The position numbers and the translations under genes are program-made. Below, piece by piece: positions 39,957 through 47,372 of a DNA stretch of 47,372 bases. Source of the DNA: Eledone cirrhosa. Its lineage: Eukaryota. The notes beneath the pieces were generated by a model. That model searched no databases. It worked only from the letters and a program-made list of their open reading frames with translations, and had not been told where the DNA came from. Where the stretch lies: the NCBI GenBank assembly GCA_964016885.1, contig CAXHJY010000367.1, positions 1 through 47,372 on the forward strand, given 5' to 3'. The stretch's first letter is position 1; the number at the start of each line of letters is the position of its first letter.

Positions 39957-40485
39957 ATAATGTAGGAGGTGAGTTTATTGTAGTACAATAAAGCAATGCA
40001 GATATCGGATAAGAAGCACTCTACAGTTTGTGGGACTGGAGTATGCATAATATAAGATCAAAAGATGGTTAAAGGAGTTCCATATATTTTATTATGCGCA
40101 TTTCAAAAACAAACATCATCAAGCAATAATATCTGTGTTTTCATCAGATAAAACAGGAGAACATGATATGAAGGCTAAAAAACACTTGTTGATAGTGCAG
40201 TTTTAAATCAACATACGAAAATGGTTTTAGATTGATGTGTGATATTGGGAAAAATATTTTATCTAGAGAGGGGGGGGGGGGATGAAAAGGTAAGGAGACG
40301 AGAGGGAGAGATGGGCGACAGAGAAAAAGAGATAGTTTCCACAACTGAGAGGAGACATATTTTTTACACAGAGGGGTTGAAAACCGCTGGAAGATACTGT
40401 ATGAATTAAAAATTTTGAAAATTAACGAAGGGAGGATATGTGCGAGGAAAAAATATTTCATTTAGGGAGGGGGGGTGGAAAGGAA
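39957..40485 (-). mobile_element. PLE pLTR-like HHR cassette (family C), inverted copy 2
   Basis: Near-identical to 36639-37165, with the same two breakpoints. Confidence 0.8.
40085..40155 (-). ncRNA. Type I hammerhead ribozyme, family C
   Basis: Identical to 36768-36838; cleavage at 40093/40092. Confidence 0.85.
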
Positions 40486-45477
<4,992 letters not shown>

Positions 45478-47372
45478 TTTCTTTTATTTGCCACTAGGGC
45501 ATCAAAAGTGGGACAAGTACAAAGGGGGGAGTTTACACAAAAAGGCGTCCTCAATAAGGAGGAGGCAATAACAAAATATAAAAATAAAATAAGATATAAC
45601 AAAAAATAAAATTTTTAACAAAATCCTCAATAGAGAGGAGGCGCCTTGGGGGGTCGCACACACCCCCGAAAAAAGTGTGCAACCCTTCTCCTCAGGAGCA
45701 CAGAGAAGGGGTGCTCCCTTGGTCTTTCATCTTCCTCACCTATAGTCTGATGTAGAGTGAAGGCCCATTCACACGGGCCATTCTCGCCACTTTCACCCAT
45801 CTTTCATAGAAACGGCTGGGGTGCAGCACCTCTCTCTCCATCCTGATCCTTCTTCCGAAATGATATCGGAAGAAACGGACCAGTTGTTGGCCAGAGAGAA
45901 AGGTGCCCGACCTCAGTCCTTTCAGACGTGTCCACCATACAACCTCTTTCGCCATGGCTATTACGCACAGAAACACCGCCTCTGCTTCATCTTTGAAGGG
46001 GGGAGGCGGCTTGATCATTACAATAGACTCGGTGGTCAACCGGATCGGTCCCACCCTTGACAGCAGTTGTTCGACATAGCCCCACAGATCGGCTACGCCC
46101 GAGCAGTGTACTAATGCGTGTGCAACGGTTTCCTCGTCGCACACGCATCTGGGACAGATCTTTTGGCGGGGTCCCTACCCGGGCGCCCGTGTCTGTAGAG
46201 CCTTTCTCGAACGGGTAAAGCCCCTCGGTAGCACTGCCAGGCCAGGGACTTCTGGAAGTTGTCCATAGGTCCCGGCTGAATGTCCTACCGAAAAGGCTGG
46301 CCAGTTCGTCCTCCTCCATGTCTAGGGCTTCTCCGAGGGCGTCGTCGCACCTGCTGCGTACCAGCCCTCTATAGAATGTTGCGGTGGAGTCTCCACTGAT
46401 AACCGGATCCGCCTGCCAGAGGGCGGTGAGCGCCTGGGCACACTCAGTGTGCCAGGCGCCCAGTTTTCTCGGTCTTTGCTTGACCCAGGATTGCAGCTCG
46501 GTGAGTGAGACGAGTCTGGGAAAGGTTCGTCTCACAAACGAGGCCCACACCGGTTGTCCGGTGAGGAATACGTAGAGGTGCCGTAGCCTTAATGCGTGTT
46601 TACGCATCATTAGCCACGGCATCCCCAGCCCTCCTTTCGAAGGGTGTTGACAGCAGATGGATCTCCTCACCATAGGAGCCCGCCTCTTCCAAAGGAATTG
46701 GAAGAGCGCGCGCTCCATCTTGGTGAGGGTTTCCCTTGGGCAGGGCACTACGGTCAGGCGGTAGTAGATGACGGACGCTATGTAGGTGTTCGCCACCTCC
46801 GCCCGACCTTTCAGGGATAGTTTGCAACTGGCCCACTTCTGGGTCAGTGCAAACACTCTGTTCGTAACCTCCGCCCAGTTTTTCTCCACCTGGAGGTCCG
46901 GTCCGAACCAGACCCCGAGCAACTTCACCGGGCCCTCCGTCCAGCGTCCGACGACGCTATCGGAGGGCATCGGTCTGCCCCTCCACGTGCCGAGTTGCAA
47001 ACCGATCGACTTGTCCCGGTTCAGCTTAGCCCCTGTGAACTTTTCGTACTCCTCCAGTAAGGTGCCGACCGCCTCGATTTCGGAGGCCGTCGACACCATT
47101 ACTGTCACGTCATCGGCGTAGGCCGACACCGCTTTCCGCAATCCCGGTTCCAAAGGGATGCCCTGCAACAACTCCAACTTCCGCAGTAGTGGCTCGAGAG
47201 TCAATACATACAGAAGGGAGGAGAGAGGGCACCCTTGTCGGATGGACCGCGCGATTTTGAACGGCTCCGAGAGGTAGCCGTTCACCTTGACCCTAGAGCA
47301 GATGCGGCTGCTGTGCATAGCAGTGATCCAGCCCCTGAAAACGGGTCCGAAGGGTAACCATGGTCGACCCTA
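45478..47372 (-). mobile_element. Tx1/L1-clade LINE, 3' half (RT, C-terminal CCHC finger, 3'UTR); frameshifted and truncated by the window edge
   Basis: RSIRQGCPLSSLLYVLTLEPL, AYADDVT, LNRDKS, VKLLGVWF, LSLKGRA, KGGLG; in another frame CPRCECDEETVAHALVHC, with stop at 45740. AATAAA at 45488-45483 lies directly before the junction with (TA)n. Short deletion between RVDHGY and FGP near 47352. Confidence 0.9.

Overview
Eukaryotic, very AT-rich genomic DNA. The SINE family and repeat style point to an octopus-like cephalopod (inference). About 60% is interrupted (TA)n microsatellite, and all 'YIYI' ORFs are artefacts of it. Conventional content: a decayed CR1-clade LINE plus an inverted 3' fragment, two RTE-clade fragments, a cluster of tRNA-derived SINEs, one large minus-strand coding exon of a probable ANF-receptor-type protein (19294-18193), and a Tx1/L1-like LINE running off the right edge. 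The standout is 27.3-40.2 kb, which holds 12 type I hammerhead ribozyme (HHR) motifs from three unrelated families embedded in (TA)n/(TAGA)n. (A) A 465-bp highly structured unit in six apparently identical tandem copies, each with an HHR, headed by a 416-bp inverted copy that folds back at the unit's own hairpin: a non-LTR retrozyme/circRNA-like array. (B) A 293-bp palindrome with an HHR on each strand. (C) An HHR at the 3' end of a decayed Penelope-like (GIY-YIG) element, plus two inverted HHR cassettes duplicated together with kilobases of microsatellite. Together this looks like a microsatellite-targeted Penelope-like element/retrozyme ecosystem. All structures were folded by eye; no searches were run.
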